Assembly (NCBI RefSeq): GCF_031769215.1
Contig: NW_026782299.1
Coordinates: 2,542,001-2,606,000 of the forward strand
DNA from: Ylistrum balloti
Lineage: Eukaryota
DNA length: 64,000 nt
Reading direction: 5' to 3'
The notes beneath the pieces were generated by a model. It had not been told where the DNA came from, ran no database searches, and saw nothing but the letters and a program-made list of their open reading frames with translations. The first letter of the stretch is position 1; the number at the start of each line of letters is the position of its first letter. A program made the translations under genes and the position numbers. This document shows positions 24,501-35,700 of the stretch, one piece after another.

Positions 24501-25748
24501 ATCGAACACGACTCGGATTTTGTTGGGTTTTTGGGGATGATAAACCCCGAATATCGGTAGATACCATGCTTCCTCGCCGTCTTGTAACTCGGGAGCTACC
24601 TCTGCATGCTCCTTGTCAAAAATGTTTTGCATAAACGCACAAAACTGTTCGCGCTTAGTAGGATTTTTCAGTAACGACTTTCGTAGATTTTCTGCGCGAT
24701 GCCTTGCCTGATCCATATTGTTTGACAAAGTAGGTCGTTCCTTTTTTAGCGGTAACGGTGCACTCCAATTACCGTACTCGTCCTTAATAAACTCCCCTTC
24801 CATGACACGCATGAATTCCTTATCCTGTTGCGAGTAACCAGGAATATCATCGAATTTTGTTCTTTGAAATATGTCCATTCCAATTGGCAACTTATCGGAT
24901 TTTTCAAACTGAGCCTTGAAGTAATTCGGACACGGATCCATGAGAGTAGGTCTGCCATCCGGTAAAACGACCGTTTTGCTCACAGTTATGACCGTAGGTT
25001 TGTGAACGAGACCTAGGCACGATTCTCCTACAACTACCCAACCGAATTTTAATTTCTGTGCATATGGTTCACGTTCATGTCCAGTTCGCTGTTCCAACAC
25101 ATGATGCGCCGAAATGAGATCTCTGCCAACGAGAAGCAATATGGGCGTATCGTTTTCATACTCTGGGATAAGATGAGCAATGTCCTGCATGTGACTATAG
25201 TGTCGTGCAACTTCCGGTGTAGGTATTTCCTGTTTCACATTCGGAATATGATTGCATTCTGTAATCAACGGTAATTTTAATGAGTATTCCTTGTCCAATG
25301 ATTCCATTACGTATCCGCTGCCTTGCCTCCCGGTTACCTGAATTTCACCGGCACATGATGAAAGTACGTATCCGGTTTCCGTAGAATGATCTCCAAAATA
25401 ATCGAAGAACTCACTTTTGGCCAATGTCCGATTGCTCTGCTCATCTATAATGGCATAAGCACGCAACACATTATTAAGTTGTCCGTCCTTGTAGATATTT
25501 ACTAACACCGTTTTTGCACACGATTTCCCCACGAAGGGACCGGTTTCACCGCACAACTGTGTACACTTGGAATTTATCTTACGATTGTCTCCCCTGATAC
25601 TTGTCCTTTCCTCGCCGTGAGACTGACGGGGCTGATATTTGTCATCATGAAACATAGTGCAATGCGATGAACCTTTACACACAGTACAGATTACTTTTTC
25701 TGTACAGTCCTTGGCCAAATGTTTGTCCTTACAACACTTAAAGCACAC
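21543..25748 (-). CDS. pol: BEL/Pao pol region: Cys-His knuckles, aspartic protease, RT, RNase H, integrase
   Basis: CFKCCKDKHLAKDC (CX2CX4HX4C), protease IIDEQSNRT, RT YVDDGL, RNase H LHVFSDAS...IPRLELCAA...DSQVVLGYI, integrase HHCC plus GLDAFGP/SDKGSNF/WERLIG. The ORF start is a GTG at a frame break, not a true start. Confidence 0.96.
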   Translation of the reverse strand: MCFKCCKDKHLAKDCTEKVICTVCKGSSHCTMFHDDKYQPRQSHGEERTSIRGDNRKINSKCTQLCGETGPFVGKSCAKTVLVNIYKDGQLNNVLRAYAIIDEQSNRTLAKSEFFDYFGDHSTETGYVLSSCAGEIQVTGRQGSGYVMESLDKEYSLKLPLITECNHIPNVKQEIPTPEVARHYSHMQDIAHLIPEYENDTPILLLVGRDLISAHHVLEQRTGHEREPYAQKLKFGWVVVGESCLGLVHKPTVITVSKTVVLPDGRPTLMDPCPNYFKAQFEKSDKLPIGMDIFQRTKFDDIPGYSQQDKEFMRVMEGEFIKDEYGNWSAPLPLKKERPTLSNNMDQARHRAENLRKSLLKNPTKREQFCAFMQNIFDKEHAEVAPELQDGEEAWYLPIFGVYHPQKPNKIRVVFDSAAKFNGHSLNDILMTGPDLINNLVGVLMKFRKERIAIMADVEQMFFNFYVHKRDRNFLRFLWFQDNDPTQPLREFRMCVHVFGNSSSPCIATLGLRKSACDHIDSSACDEVCCFVKESFYVDDGLTSVSDEGHAVQLLRDTQARLRQNGNIHLHKFSSNSVDVLKQFPKEDTSEICDMDFDDIVHRSLGLRWKVGCDTFTFSVSDEVKPFTKRGVLSTIHSVFDPLGFVAPVILGGRLLMRNVLSSKDLDWDDPLPPDLNSDWKKWRSSLKDLEQLEISRCYSNSSLEKAIRRELHVFSDASKDAIGAVAYMKIYDVQENASVGYVLGKSKVAPSHGHTIPRLELCAAVLATELGLFISEHVDVVFDATYYYTDSQVVLGYIFNDTRRFFVYVANRIDKILKLSSKQQWSFVSSECNPADSATRPMRAKDVGKSVWLNGPVDVMSDLQSSYRDQVFPLIGNDDGEITFVNETNVMKTHVRKDFALDPDRFARFSSWTRLVSAITLLKQVAHRHHNGTDNPDVLRFANDSKNLILKVVQQEFYSMEIDCLQKGLPLNRNNSLLKLSPFLDDEGLLRIGGRIQNSDIDLPGKDPIIVPAKHHVATLIVRHYHEKSEHQGRHITEGKIRSSGYWLVGGKRLISSILHHCVVCRKLRGKFVEQKMCTLPQDRLTPCPPFTYIGLDAFGPWNVRARKTRGGQANAKRWAIIFCCMVSRGIHIEVVEEMSTSSFINALRRFIALRGPVKHIRSDKGSNFVGAVKELNLNVIDVEDKAVKDFLSEESITWTFNPPYASHMGGSWERLIGTVRRILDNMLRNTDTKHLTHEVLTTFLAEACAIVNQRPLVPVSDDPENPVVLSPSTLITQKTDVPNVDLTLVDFSVKDMFRSQWRCVQVLAQKFWNAWRRDYLQSLQTRQKWNHERSNLKQGDIVLLKDHDSHRNDWPMGIVECVFPSHDGLVRKVRVKTIRNGRSVSYIRPITQLVLLMAE

Positions 25749-27489
25749 GCCGTGTTTTAAGAATTTCCCTCTTTTCGTCCTTGGATTTCGATAGAAACAG
25801 GTGGCAATCTGATAACAAATGCTTCACTTCTCTCGCACTGTCATGAAGTGGGCACAAAAATGCTGTAGGCACATTATTAACTTCCGTTTTCTTTGAAAAG
25901 ACGTATGCATTCCTACTTCCGGTAGACGCAGTACGACGTTGTTCTTTGCTGACGCTAGGTACCGCAGTACCATCGGTGTAATTGAAACTCGGGTTGTTCA
26001 TTCGCGAGCTCATTTCCTGTATGAACCTCTCGAAAACACTGAATTTCGGATATGTAACATTGTGCTCGGTTTGATATCTGCACGCATAGTCAGTCCATTT
26101 GTTTTGTATGAACACGGGTAACTTGCAAACAATTGGGTTTATACCGCTGGACGAATCGTAGTACGCCATTATCGAGCTGAACGCCGTGTTTTCCTTTACT
26201 GCCTGAATTTCCGCCAATATGTTCGAAAGATCAAACAATTTCTGACCATCTCGGTTCGTTAATTTCGGGAATTTGTTTAGCCTTTCCCTCAAAGATAACT
26301 CAATTTGCTCGGGCGCGCCGTACTTCTCACTGAGCCTAGTCCAGATTTTACACAAGGCTTGGGGTGGGTCGTGTATGTTTGCAGCACGTAGACTTACAGC
26401 CTGTTTTCGAGATTCTGGCCCCAACCATTTCGATAATAAGTCTAATTGTTCTTGAGGGCTTACATCAAGTTCCTTTACAACATTTAGGAATGACATTTTC
26501 CAGACACGATACTCCTCGGGTTTATCAGTAAACTGAGTGAGTCTACCCATAAGCAAGTCTTTCTTTAGCATAAATTTGGTCAAATCATTCAGTCCAGTTA
26601 CACACTGACCTGGGGTGAATTCTCGAGCCTCAACGTTTAACGGTACTTTATGTGAATAGGGGTCGAATGTTTCATAACCGGTGTTCAAATTTTCGGCTTG
26701 ACTTTGCACAAATTCAACTGTCCTAGACTTCCTGTGTAACTCCTCATCATCCGACGGTGCTTGTGAACAATGTCTGATAGGGCTACCAGTGTCAATAACG
26801 TCATCCATAGCCTTAAGCTCGGCTGCTGCCTCGTCCAGTTCTCTTTGTGATTTTAACAGCTGAAGGGATTTTTGCAATTCGGCCTCTTTCTCAACAAATT
26901 TTAGCCTCACTTTGGCCGCTTCCAATTTCGCTCGTTGTTTCATATATACTGAACTGACCCTGGAGATGTTAGTTATGCTAGAACGCACTGAGGTTTTACT
27001 TGTTTTCGACTTTATTGACATAATATCCGAAACGCCGTTTTTATATTCACTTACACTATGCCGAGGATTTTCCTCGACTACAAACCCCTGTGAAATGTTA
27101 TCGACCACAGATACAGTTTGAACTGGTTTTATTTTGTCAATAAATGATTGAATTTGGTCCAAAACCGTGTCACACTGGGATTTTAATGTTTCCACAGCTG
27201 TCATATGAGATAATAATTCTTCCTGGCCTTGTTCCGTTCTACTTTCTTCCAAATATTTACTGAATTTGGTTGAAACTTGTTCATAGGATTCATATGATTG
27301 GGTAATGTCTGATGCCAAGGATTTTAATTCATCCAAGTTCATATTTTCATACTCAATATCAGTTATGAGACAATCTAAATTTCTGTATAAATTTAACAGT
27401 CTATGTTTATACTTGCCGACTGTGTCCTCAAATGCCTGATGTGCCTTTTCCGTCATTTTGATGGTTCTTTTTCCCGGGTTTTCAGCCAT
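25738..27489 (-). CDS. gag: BEL/Pao gag region
   Basis: The first ATG (MAENPGKRTIK) lies 11 nt past the 5' LTR. Coiled-coil N-terminus, FTDKPEEYRVWKMSF gag core, first knuckle CPLH...H....C. Ends out of frame with pol. Confidence 0.9.
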   Translation of the reverse strand: MAENPGKRTIKMTEKAHQAFEDTVGKYKHRLLNLYRNLDCLITDIEYENMNLDELKSLASDITQSYESYEQVSTKFSKYLEESRTEQGQEELLSHMTAVETLKSQCDTVLDQIQSFIDKIKPVQTVSVVDNISQGFVVEENPRHSVSEYKNGVSDIMSIKSKTSKTSVRSSITNISRVSSVYMKQRAKLEAAKVRLKFVEKEAELQKSLQLLKSQRELDEAAAELKAMDDVIDTGSPIRHCSQAPSDDEELHRKSRTVEFVQSQAENLNTGYETFDPYSHKVPLNVEAREFTPGQCVTGLNDLTKFMLKKDLLMGRLTQFTDKPEEYRVWKMSFLNVVKELDVSPQEQLDLLSKWLGPESRKQAVSLRAANIHDPPQALCKIWTRLSEKYGAPEQIELSLRERLNKFPKLTNRDGQKLFDLSNILAEIQAVKENTAFSSIMAYYDSSSGINPIVCKLPVFIQNKWTDYACRYQTEHNVTYPKFSVFERFIQEMSSRMNNPSFNYTDGTAVPSVSKEQRRTASTGSRNAYVFSKKTEVNNVPTAFLCPLHDSAREVKHLLSDCHLFLSKSKDEKREILKTRRVL

Positions 27490-27500
27490 GAGTTTTTTAC

Positions 27501-27949
27501 TGTGATGTCGAGTGAGTCCAAAGAAATACAAACTAAACGCCTTTAATGAGTTCCTTTATTACATATACAAAGTTCCCAGTTCCTATAGCCATAGTTCACA
27601 ATCATCACAAACACAGTGTAGGGGTTCTTGGTTGCACCTAGCTTGCGCCCCAACCTGCGGTAAAAAACTGAAAAATACAGAAATTAACCTGTCCTTAGCA
27701 CATATTTTGTCTTTAGAGCCACAAAACAAACATATTTCAACAAAATTAATCAAATTTCAAACGTTTAAACCGTATTAAAGTTACCTCATTGGTCACCTAA
27801 GCCTTGCTAAATCCGTAAGTCTGTTTCTTTTGGACTTTCACGTAAACATATCCCATGATGCATTTTTCCACGATGTACAAAGAATGAACTCTGAACCCTG
27901 ACCTGACTACCAGAGCAGACGGACAATATAAAACTAGCGTTTCACTACA
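27501..27949 (-). repeat. 5' LTR of BEL/Pao element
   Basis: Direct repeat of 20928-21376. AATAAA on the minus strand at 27560-27555. Confidence 0.97.
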
Positions 27950-28491
27950 ATACCACAACGGCACCAACAGGCAAACTAACGAACATCTAACACGTTCAGC
28001 TTTATGTCGCATAAAGAAGTAGGATATTTCTCAGTGCGATCACTATGGCGACCATAAAACTTCCCAATAATTATCATCAATCTGCATTTTTGGAATCCTT
28101 GTGTTACTGTATACTTTTACGGGAAGGAACTATAACAAAAATTAAAAATCATCCTCAGGTAATTTTATCTCAATTAAACACAGCTGACGATTTTTGCATG
28201 TCGCTAAGTTACAATTTTACAAGTTAATACAAGCAACACAGAATACAGAGACCCATATGTTATTATGGTGTACTTAAAACTTAAAACCGTCGGTCGAAAA
28301 TTTCAACTCGGTTTAAATTATGACTTTTTTAACACGAGTAACATACAACCACGTGTGCATGAGACCGCCATTTCGGAAAGGTATTGCGTTTGAAAAAAAA
28401 ATCTTTACAAAAAGAGGACAGAACATGTCTGATATTATGAAATGTTACCATTCACAAGAGCATGTATTAAAAATAACCCTCATAAAACACA

Positions 28492-31160
28492 TCATACTGT
28501 AGTTGTCGCACGTGAAGAAATGGATGTTGCTAGTTCGTCCCAAAACACAACATTACCATGCAAGTCACCACGGGGATACTCGATATAGGTTTTGCTCTCA
28601 ATAATATCCAGTAACGACAGTGGTAAATCTCGAGGCGGAATATCCTCATAGAACACCAATAAAAGGACAGAGTCGCCTCCCCTAGAATATATACTCTCCA
28701 TTCGAGCCATGTTAAATTCGAACATACACCAGTACGAATTAAGATAGTTCCGGGAGAGTATGATAACAGTTTTCCTGCTTTGGTGGATAGCGTTGGTGAT
28801 GTTCTGGGCTATGTCTTCCCCTGGTATGAAGTCTCTTTGGTGCAGACAAAGTCGCAGCCCGTGATTGTCTTCCAAATGGATCAGCATCTCCTTTACCACG
28901 AACATGTAATCATCTGAACAATATGATATAAATGCATCATACAGGTAGTCATCATCGTCTTCCGCATTAACAACGGGTCTATAACCGCGATACTGGGTCT
29001 TGGCCATGTAAAACAGATAACGCAGTTTCCACCTGTAGCGGTAGATCATACCAGAAATCACAAAGGTTACCGACAACAGAATCACTGAAGCACACACTGC
29101 TATGATACCTATATAACTATCACACGACTTACTTATTTCCAACAAGGTTGTATCAAAATTGGAAAACGTTATTTCTGTTCCGTTGGAGAAAGCACATTTG
29201 TATGTTAGAAAATGTTCAAACAAATCTTTTTTTCGACCTAACCATTTAAGGAAATCGAGTTCCTCACACGAGCAGTCCATACGATTCCCTTGCAAATTAA
29301 TGGTTAAATTGTTGTCCTTTAAACTATCTATCTGGTCTCGTTGGTCCTGTTTGATTCCTCTAAGTTGATTATGGGTAATATCGAGATATTGAAGATGTTT
29401 CATATGTGATATATCGAGACTTAACTCATTCAATGCGTTGTTACTCAAATTCAGTATCTGAAGTTCATGTTGGTTTTTGAGAAGTAAGGCTGGTAAGGTG
29501 TATATGTGATTTCTAGATAGGTCCAAAGTTTTTAAACTCATAAGGTGCCTGAATATTTTACCATTAACATCTTTATATAGCACCAATCCTAATAAATTGT
29601 TCTGAACTAGCAGTGTTTCTAATCTATTTTTATCCATTAAGAAGTTATCAGAAATATAGGAACAATAATTATTGGATAAATCAGCATGTTTAAGGTGTTT
29701 AAGATTAAGTAGAGGTCCTTTCCATGAATGAAATAAATTATTACTGAAATCCATTATTGTGACGTTATTGTCGCGGAAATGAACCCGACCGATTTCAAAA
29801 TTCATTGCATTATTACTGTAGTACAATTCTCTAAGTGATTGTGGAACCCTAATTTGTGTGATTGTATCTTTGTTTTTAGAGCTCTTTATATGTAATAATG
29901 GATTTCTATTACAACTGAGCAATTCAGTAGTTTGTCCGAAGGTCACCAAGTCACGTGACGGTGGGGCACGCCAATCATGACAATCACTACTTCCAACTTC
30001 CAAATTATGAGGATTTCCCTGATGTTCTGCGTGTATTATTTCAATATTCGGTAACGAGGACACGAACTCGATATAATATAGCCCATATGATAGATCATTG
30101 TCTTTAACTGATAAGAAAGTCAATGACTCAGGAAGTTTTCCTATCGCGCCTATATCAAACATAGATAACCGATTGCTCTCTAGGTATAAATCCGTTAAGC
30201 TGGTATTTTTCAAATGAATAATATCGTTCCTGTATATAACTGTACTAGGTCCAAACGTACAATGTAAACCACTAATGTCTAAAATACGAGTACGAGTATA
30301 TTGTAAATCATGTGTAACGTTTGGAAGTACTCGAAATGTCAGACATTCGTTGAAAGAAATATTTAGAAAATGAAGTTGTGTCAATCCACGAAAAGTTCCA
30401 ATTTCAATTCCATGAATATTGCAACTGGAGATATCTAAATATTTGATATTTGACATGTTTTGAAAGTAATCGAACCTCAATCTTCCTAAGTGACATACTC
30501 CGCTGTTCCCAGATAAATCAAGGGTCCTCAACTTAGTCATCTGCAAGAACCTTCCGTCAAATCCGGATAAATCCACTCCATCTAAAAGTAATGTCTCAAG
30601 CATATTCAGTTTTGTAATGCTTACTGGGAAATGTAAGTTTCTTGATACATAATGAATGTTATTCTGTTTTATGTTCAAGTATCTTAATTGAGTCAATCCC
30701 TCAAATATATTTTCGGGGTAAATTGCGTTAGTATATCGAAGCTTGTTACCACGTAAATCTAAATATTGTAATTGTCTCATATCCTTAAACGGAAAATCGT
30801 GAAAATTTTCCAACTGGTTTCCAGATAGGTCCAAATATGAAATAGTTTCCGGAATTCCTTCACTGGAAAAGTTTTGGAGATGATTTCCCTGAAGATATAT
30901 TTCTGTAACGGTGGGCTTAAATTGGGGAATTGCATCGATATTCATGAAAGAGCAGTCTGCGACAAGAACGCCGACTTTAGGACTGTAACAGCGACAGATA
31001 TTTCCGACTGTACAATTTTCCCTCAATGTGGTGTTTTCTGTTCCGATCAATTGAGTTGGGTTTGTTATTGCAGTAACATTCGTTCTGTTCGATTTATATC
31101 GATTGGGGAGCCAACTTTGTACTCTGTTCATCTTAAAACATCCAATAAAAAGGAGAATAC
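28492..31160 (-). CDS. TLR: Toll-like receptor B, main exon (exon 2), sccTLR; 897 aa with exon 1
   Basis: Same architecture as TLR-A. Acceptor TATTTTTTCAG| at 31161; the exon opens with GILLFIGCFK ahead of the ORF-track Met at 31131. Confidence 0.96.
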
Positions 31161-31670
31161 CTGAAAAAATACGTGCATTAGATTTTACGATAAAAACAAT
31201 ATTTTAGAAACGAATTTGTTTACTGTGAGGTAGCTGTTTATTTATTAATGCACTTATATATCACAATTGATATATTTATGTGCTTCGGTAGTTATTCAAC
31301 AACAATTTAATAAGTCGCAAAATATGAAGGACACTATTGAATGTCATATCGCAATTCTTATCAACCTTTTCCCCAGGAAAGATAAATGGTAATGCAGTTA
31401 CATAGTCATGCAATCAGTGCTTGATTTCAAATGATAAATGATTACGAATGACGCCCTAAGAATATCGCTGTATGATGTTTTGGTTATGAATAGAAGTCGT
31501 TAACCCACCCAATGGTGTCCTTTTTCCCTCGATTACTTTTCATGAGGTATTTAAACTTCCTGTGTGCATGGGGCTTTAAGCACTACACGGTAAAGTAACA
31601 ACGTTCTGACAAAACATATTGTATATTAATGACAAAGTAATTTCAACCTCAAGGATGTTACCTTACTTAC

Positions 31671-31695
31671 CAAAGCATATCTTCAATAAATCCAT
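31671..31695 (-). CDS. TLR: TLR-B exon 1 (25 coding nt, MDLLKICF-G)
   Basis: ATGGATTTATTGAAGATATGCTTTG|GTAAGT; phase-1, 510-bp intron; homologous to TLR-A exon 1. Confidence 0.88.
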
Positions 31696-32154
31696 ATTGC
31701 TGTTAATGTTCAAACGTTTCTGTCGAAAGGCTACTCTGTTGATAATATGTATATCCTACTTGAATGATGTCAATACCTATATAAGTATAAAAGCAGTGTA
31801 ACAAAGCAAATAATCATTCAGAAAGATAATAGTTCGCCCGCCAATCTGCGGCTGCCCTAGTTTAGGCTAAACATTCTTCAGCACGAAAAAAAAAAGTTTC
31901 ATGACTGCCGTGTATTACCTGCAATAACACGCAACATTAATTTAGAACAAGAAGTGTAATGGAGATGTGGAATACAAGTCAGTTTTATTGTCCTTGGCGA
32001 TTTTACACTTCCTCATTGTCGTCCTCTTTAGACGAATTACATGTGTTTACTTCATGTTTCCTGATAAAGTAGTAGATAAACAACATTCCTTCAAACACGA
32101 TGTAATGTTATTAGAATATCCTTATTCATTGTACTGGTTTCTATATAGGATATG

Positions 32155-32500
32155 ATTGCGAGTGTCTGGATGTAAAAATGATGTGATTGTGAGAGGTGTA
32201 CGTGGCTATTAGATGGATGTAATTGTCAGAGGTGTGTGTAGCTGTGAGAAGGATGTGACTGTTAGAGATGTGTGTGTGTTGCTGTGAGAAGGATGTGTGA
32301 TTGTGAGGTGTGTGGCTGTGAGAAGGATATGTGATTGTTAGGTATTTGTGTAGCTGTGAGACGGATGTGACTGTGAGAGATGTATGTACAACTGTGAGCA
32401 GGGTGTGTGATTGTGAGGTGTGTGTGACGGTGAGAAGGATGTGTGATTGTGAGGTGTGTGTAGCTGTGAAAAGGATGTGTGATTGTGAAATGTGTGACTA
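32155..32500. repeat. Degenerate GT-rich tandem repeat upstream of TLR-B
   Basis: Recurring GTGTGATTGTGAG/GCTGTGAGAAGGAT motifs. Confidence 0.8.
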
Positions 32501-32754
32501 TGTCGATATATTAAAGGATCGTAAATAAAACATTTCTCACTTCTCGTTCTAACCTTCAGGTTTCACACGATCAACGATAGGCGTTGACCTAAAAATTAAC
32601 CTTGGCTATAAATAGATATTAACAAGGAAGAAGACACGTATTTGTAGAAAGGGGAACATAAATAGTAGGTATGTCAATACCTGGCAGTATGTATCCCAGA
32701 AAACAGAAATAAAATTAGTTGTCACCAACAATGTGATATGTTACTCTTACCATA

Positions 32755-35700
32755 TAGTTCAGTAGTTGGAACTAGGGTTAGGTGAAGTCACTGGGTGTCG
32801 AGCTTGCACTCACGCTCACATGCTAGTCGAAACAGTCTGTGTCGGGACAGCAGTCCATGTGAATACTAGTTCGTTCGTTAGTTTTATTGTTAACTCAGGT
32901 AGAGTTTGCTGTTACACGCTATATGTATATATCGGCATTTGTTAGCTAGTATCTCTGCAAGGAATCAGAGACTTACCCACCGTGTGCAAAGTTAGGCTGC
33001 ACGTTACATATATTCGATGGACATACAAATAAATTTCATGTTATCAAAAAACAACACATCAACAATATATTCAATATATAAGTGACATTGAAGGACTTCG
33101 AAAGGACTTCACGATCAAATTTGTTAAGCACCTTTATAAATTCAGTCTCGTGGAAAACAAAAACAACTTAGTCAAAAGAGGGACGACGTTTGTTCCTATT
33201 GGTATTTAAGTAGCCTGTTGGAAGATCTTACCACAAAAATCGATGAAGATATTGTTAAACATGAACTCAATCATCTTGATGATCTGCTCTTCCGTTTATG
33301 AGTTGGACATGTTTTTCATTAAAAAAGCCTACGTATAGGTCAAAACCATAGTAATGCTTCTTTGGAAAAGAAAAAGGGTCATCACAAGAGAACGAAGGCG
33401 TTCCTTCAGTTTGAGCATGGTAGTGTACGGAGTAGAAAAAAGTCAAATATTCTTATAAAAGAAATGTTCTGTTTAGATGAACGAACCCGGACTATTTAGT
33501 CTATTTAGTCACAGTTTCCAAGAACCACGGAATGACCTAAATGGATATGGTGTAGTATGTACTGATTGTAAAAGCGAAAATGATTGCTTGAAAGAAACCA
33601 CCAAATGCCGGCTCAAAGCTCTAAATGCAACGTTCATGCAACAGAGTACGGGTTGCAAACAACACAATGTGGGTCGCAAACAACAAAGTACTTGTTTCAA
33701 AAGGAGATATCAAACAACCAAATCCATACTTCAAACAATATCATAAACAGTTGCATCAATGAAATACGGGTTATATTCAAATAAAATAAAATTAAAAGCA
33801 ATAAAAAAATCGCCGTCGAACAATTGCTTCGCATAGATGTTGTCTTGAGCGGGAGATTAGCGTACCGTCACGATAAATATTTTCACACACACTGAACCCC
33901 AATTTTCTATTGCTCAATTGGAAAATTGATTGAGTATACTGTATCAATGTTAGAGTTCCTAAAAAACACTTTTATGATTTATTTATGATTTTATTTCTCA
34001 GAAAAACGGTTTCCTGGAACAATATATAAATAGACATTCTAAATTAAGAATTCTAAATATTTTCTCGAAATGTACCAACAACCTGCTGATGTATTATAAC
34101 CTATAGGGGCATTTTCTGACAGGCTGTTAACACGTCTGTCATACCACATTTATGCTAAAAAATGCATTAGTATGTTTCCGGTAATACATACAATATGTGC
34201 ATATTTTACTCGATTCTGATTTGCTATAATGGTCTTATTTCAAACGAAACTTCAACTTCAAAGCTCATTTGATTGGTGCAAATAACATTTATTTGCAACT
34301 CATGTTCAAATGCATATTGTGATCGTCTTAAATAACTTCTGTTCGTGATCATTCTGTTATGTTTAATAACCCGAATAAGAATAACTTTCTTCTGTTCGTT
34401 TCTTTGTATAGAGTTTTGTAGCTGAGAACATTGTATTCTTCTTACACGTGAGGATATTCCTTTACAATTGTCTTAGGTAGGACATAACATCTGCCTGTCA
34501 CTGATGACAGTATCGTGGCTTGTACATTCACTACATTTTAGTTGGAGAAGGATCGCATTTAATACGAAATTCGGATTTACTACATGGCCTGCATGCGTAT
34601 AAGCCTAGAAAGAAGCAATATGACGGACGCAAATACGAAAAGGCGACGAGGACCAAAAAGTGCCAGAAAGCGTAAGAGGAAGGAGTCAGACCACACAGGG
34701 CCCCACTAGTTCAGCGCCCGCTATTCACATAGATATTTCTCCCACAACAAAACGAATTACTAAGACTGATTGTTAAAACTATATATCATGACTCCATAGA
34801 ATCGTTTACTGCAAACAAGAATTAGTAGAAAGGCGCAAAAGCAGGTGTCATACATAAGACATGTGCGTTTGAATGTTTTCATAATTCACACATGACTAGC
34901 CAGATGCATATATTTCGAGTGCCAGTTTTGCTTTGAAAGTCCTTGTGTTTTTAGTGGCATATATTTGATTATTATCGAATCGTTGCTTAACTCTAACCAA
35001 AGTTTGAGAAACTGGGATGTGGTTGTTATCTGTTATTCGAAACGTTTGGTTGAGCAATTTGACTTTGTGCTAATAATTAATTCGTGAACAATTGCTTCAT
35101 TCCCTAAATTCCATGGAGCAGTTTGTTTAGTATTTGGATGTAATTATAATGTTATCTACGACCTCCTCCTTTCCCTTCAATCAAAACAGCATACAAATTG
35201 TGGATTGTCATATGGAGTGCTTATTTCTTGTTGGTCCATTTCAGTATTAATAGTATTAAATACAGAGTCATCAACATTTCATAATCATCACAAGAGCAAT
35301 GATGGTATATACATCAATAGATATTGCCTATATAAACCCTTCATATATAGTTTTTCGTCAAATGAATATCATATTTTATCACATCACAAAAACCAGTAAA
35401 CAAACCATGCGTAGGCTTTTTCATGATTTTATTTTCCATATTTCACTTCCATTGTACATGAATGTATTCATTCTACATAAAGTTGGAGATGTTTTAGTAT
35501 CCATTTCATTTTACAACTCAAGGGATCTAGTGTGGTTGACACTACTAAACCTCCTGTTTAATTTATACAGACGATTTGTGTTTTTTATACGAAGGTAAAT
35601 AATTTATGAACATATCTCGACCAACCACAACAAGTTTGTATTTACAATTTTAAAATGCTTGAGTTAACCAGGATCACAAAAAATCCCAACATACAATATT

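Larger units (their letters stand above)
20928..27949 (-). mobile_element. Full-length BEL/Pao LTR retrotransposon, 7,022 bp, no env
   Basis: Two 449-bp TG...CA LTRs, 5-bp TSD ATACC (20923-20927 and 27950-27954), PPT AGGCGAGGAA next to the 3' LTR, and gag plus PR-RT-RH-IN domain order. Confidence 0.97.

Noticed and set aside
21677-27121. Plus-strand ORFs inside the retrotransposon and antisense ORFs inside the TLRs
   Set aside because: Shadow frames of long coding sequences, with no motifs.
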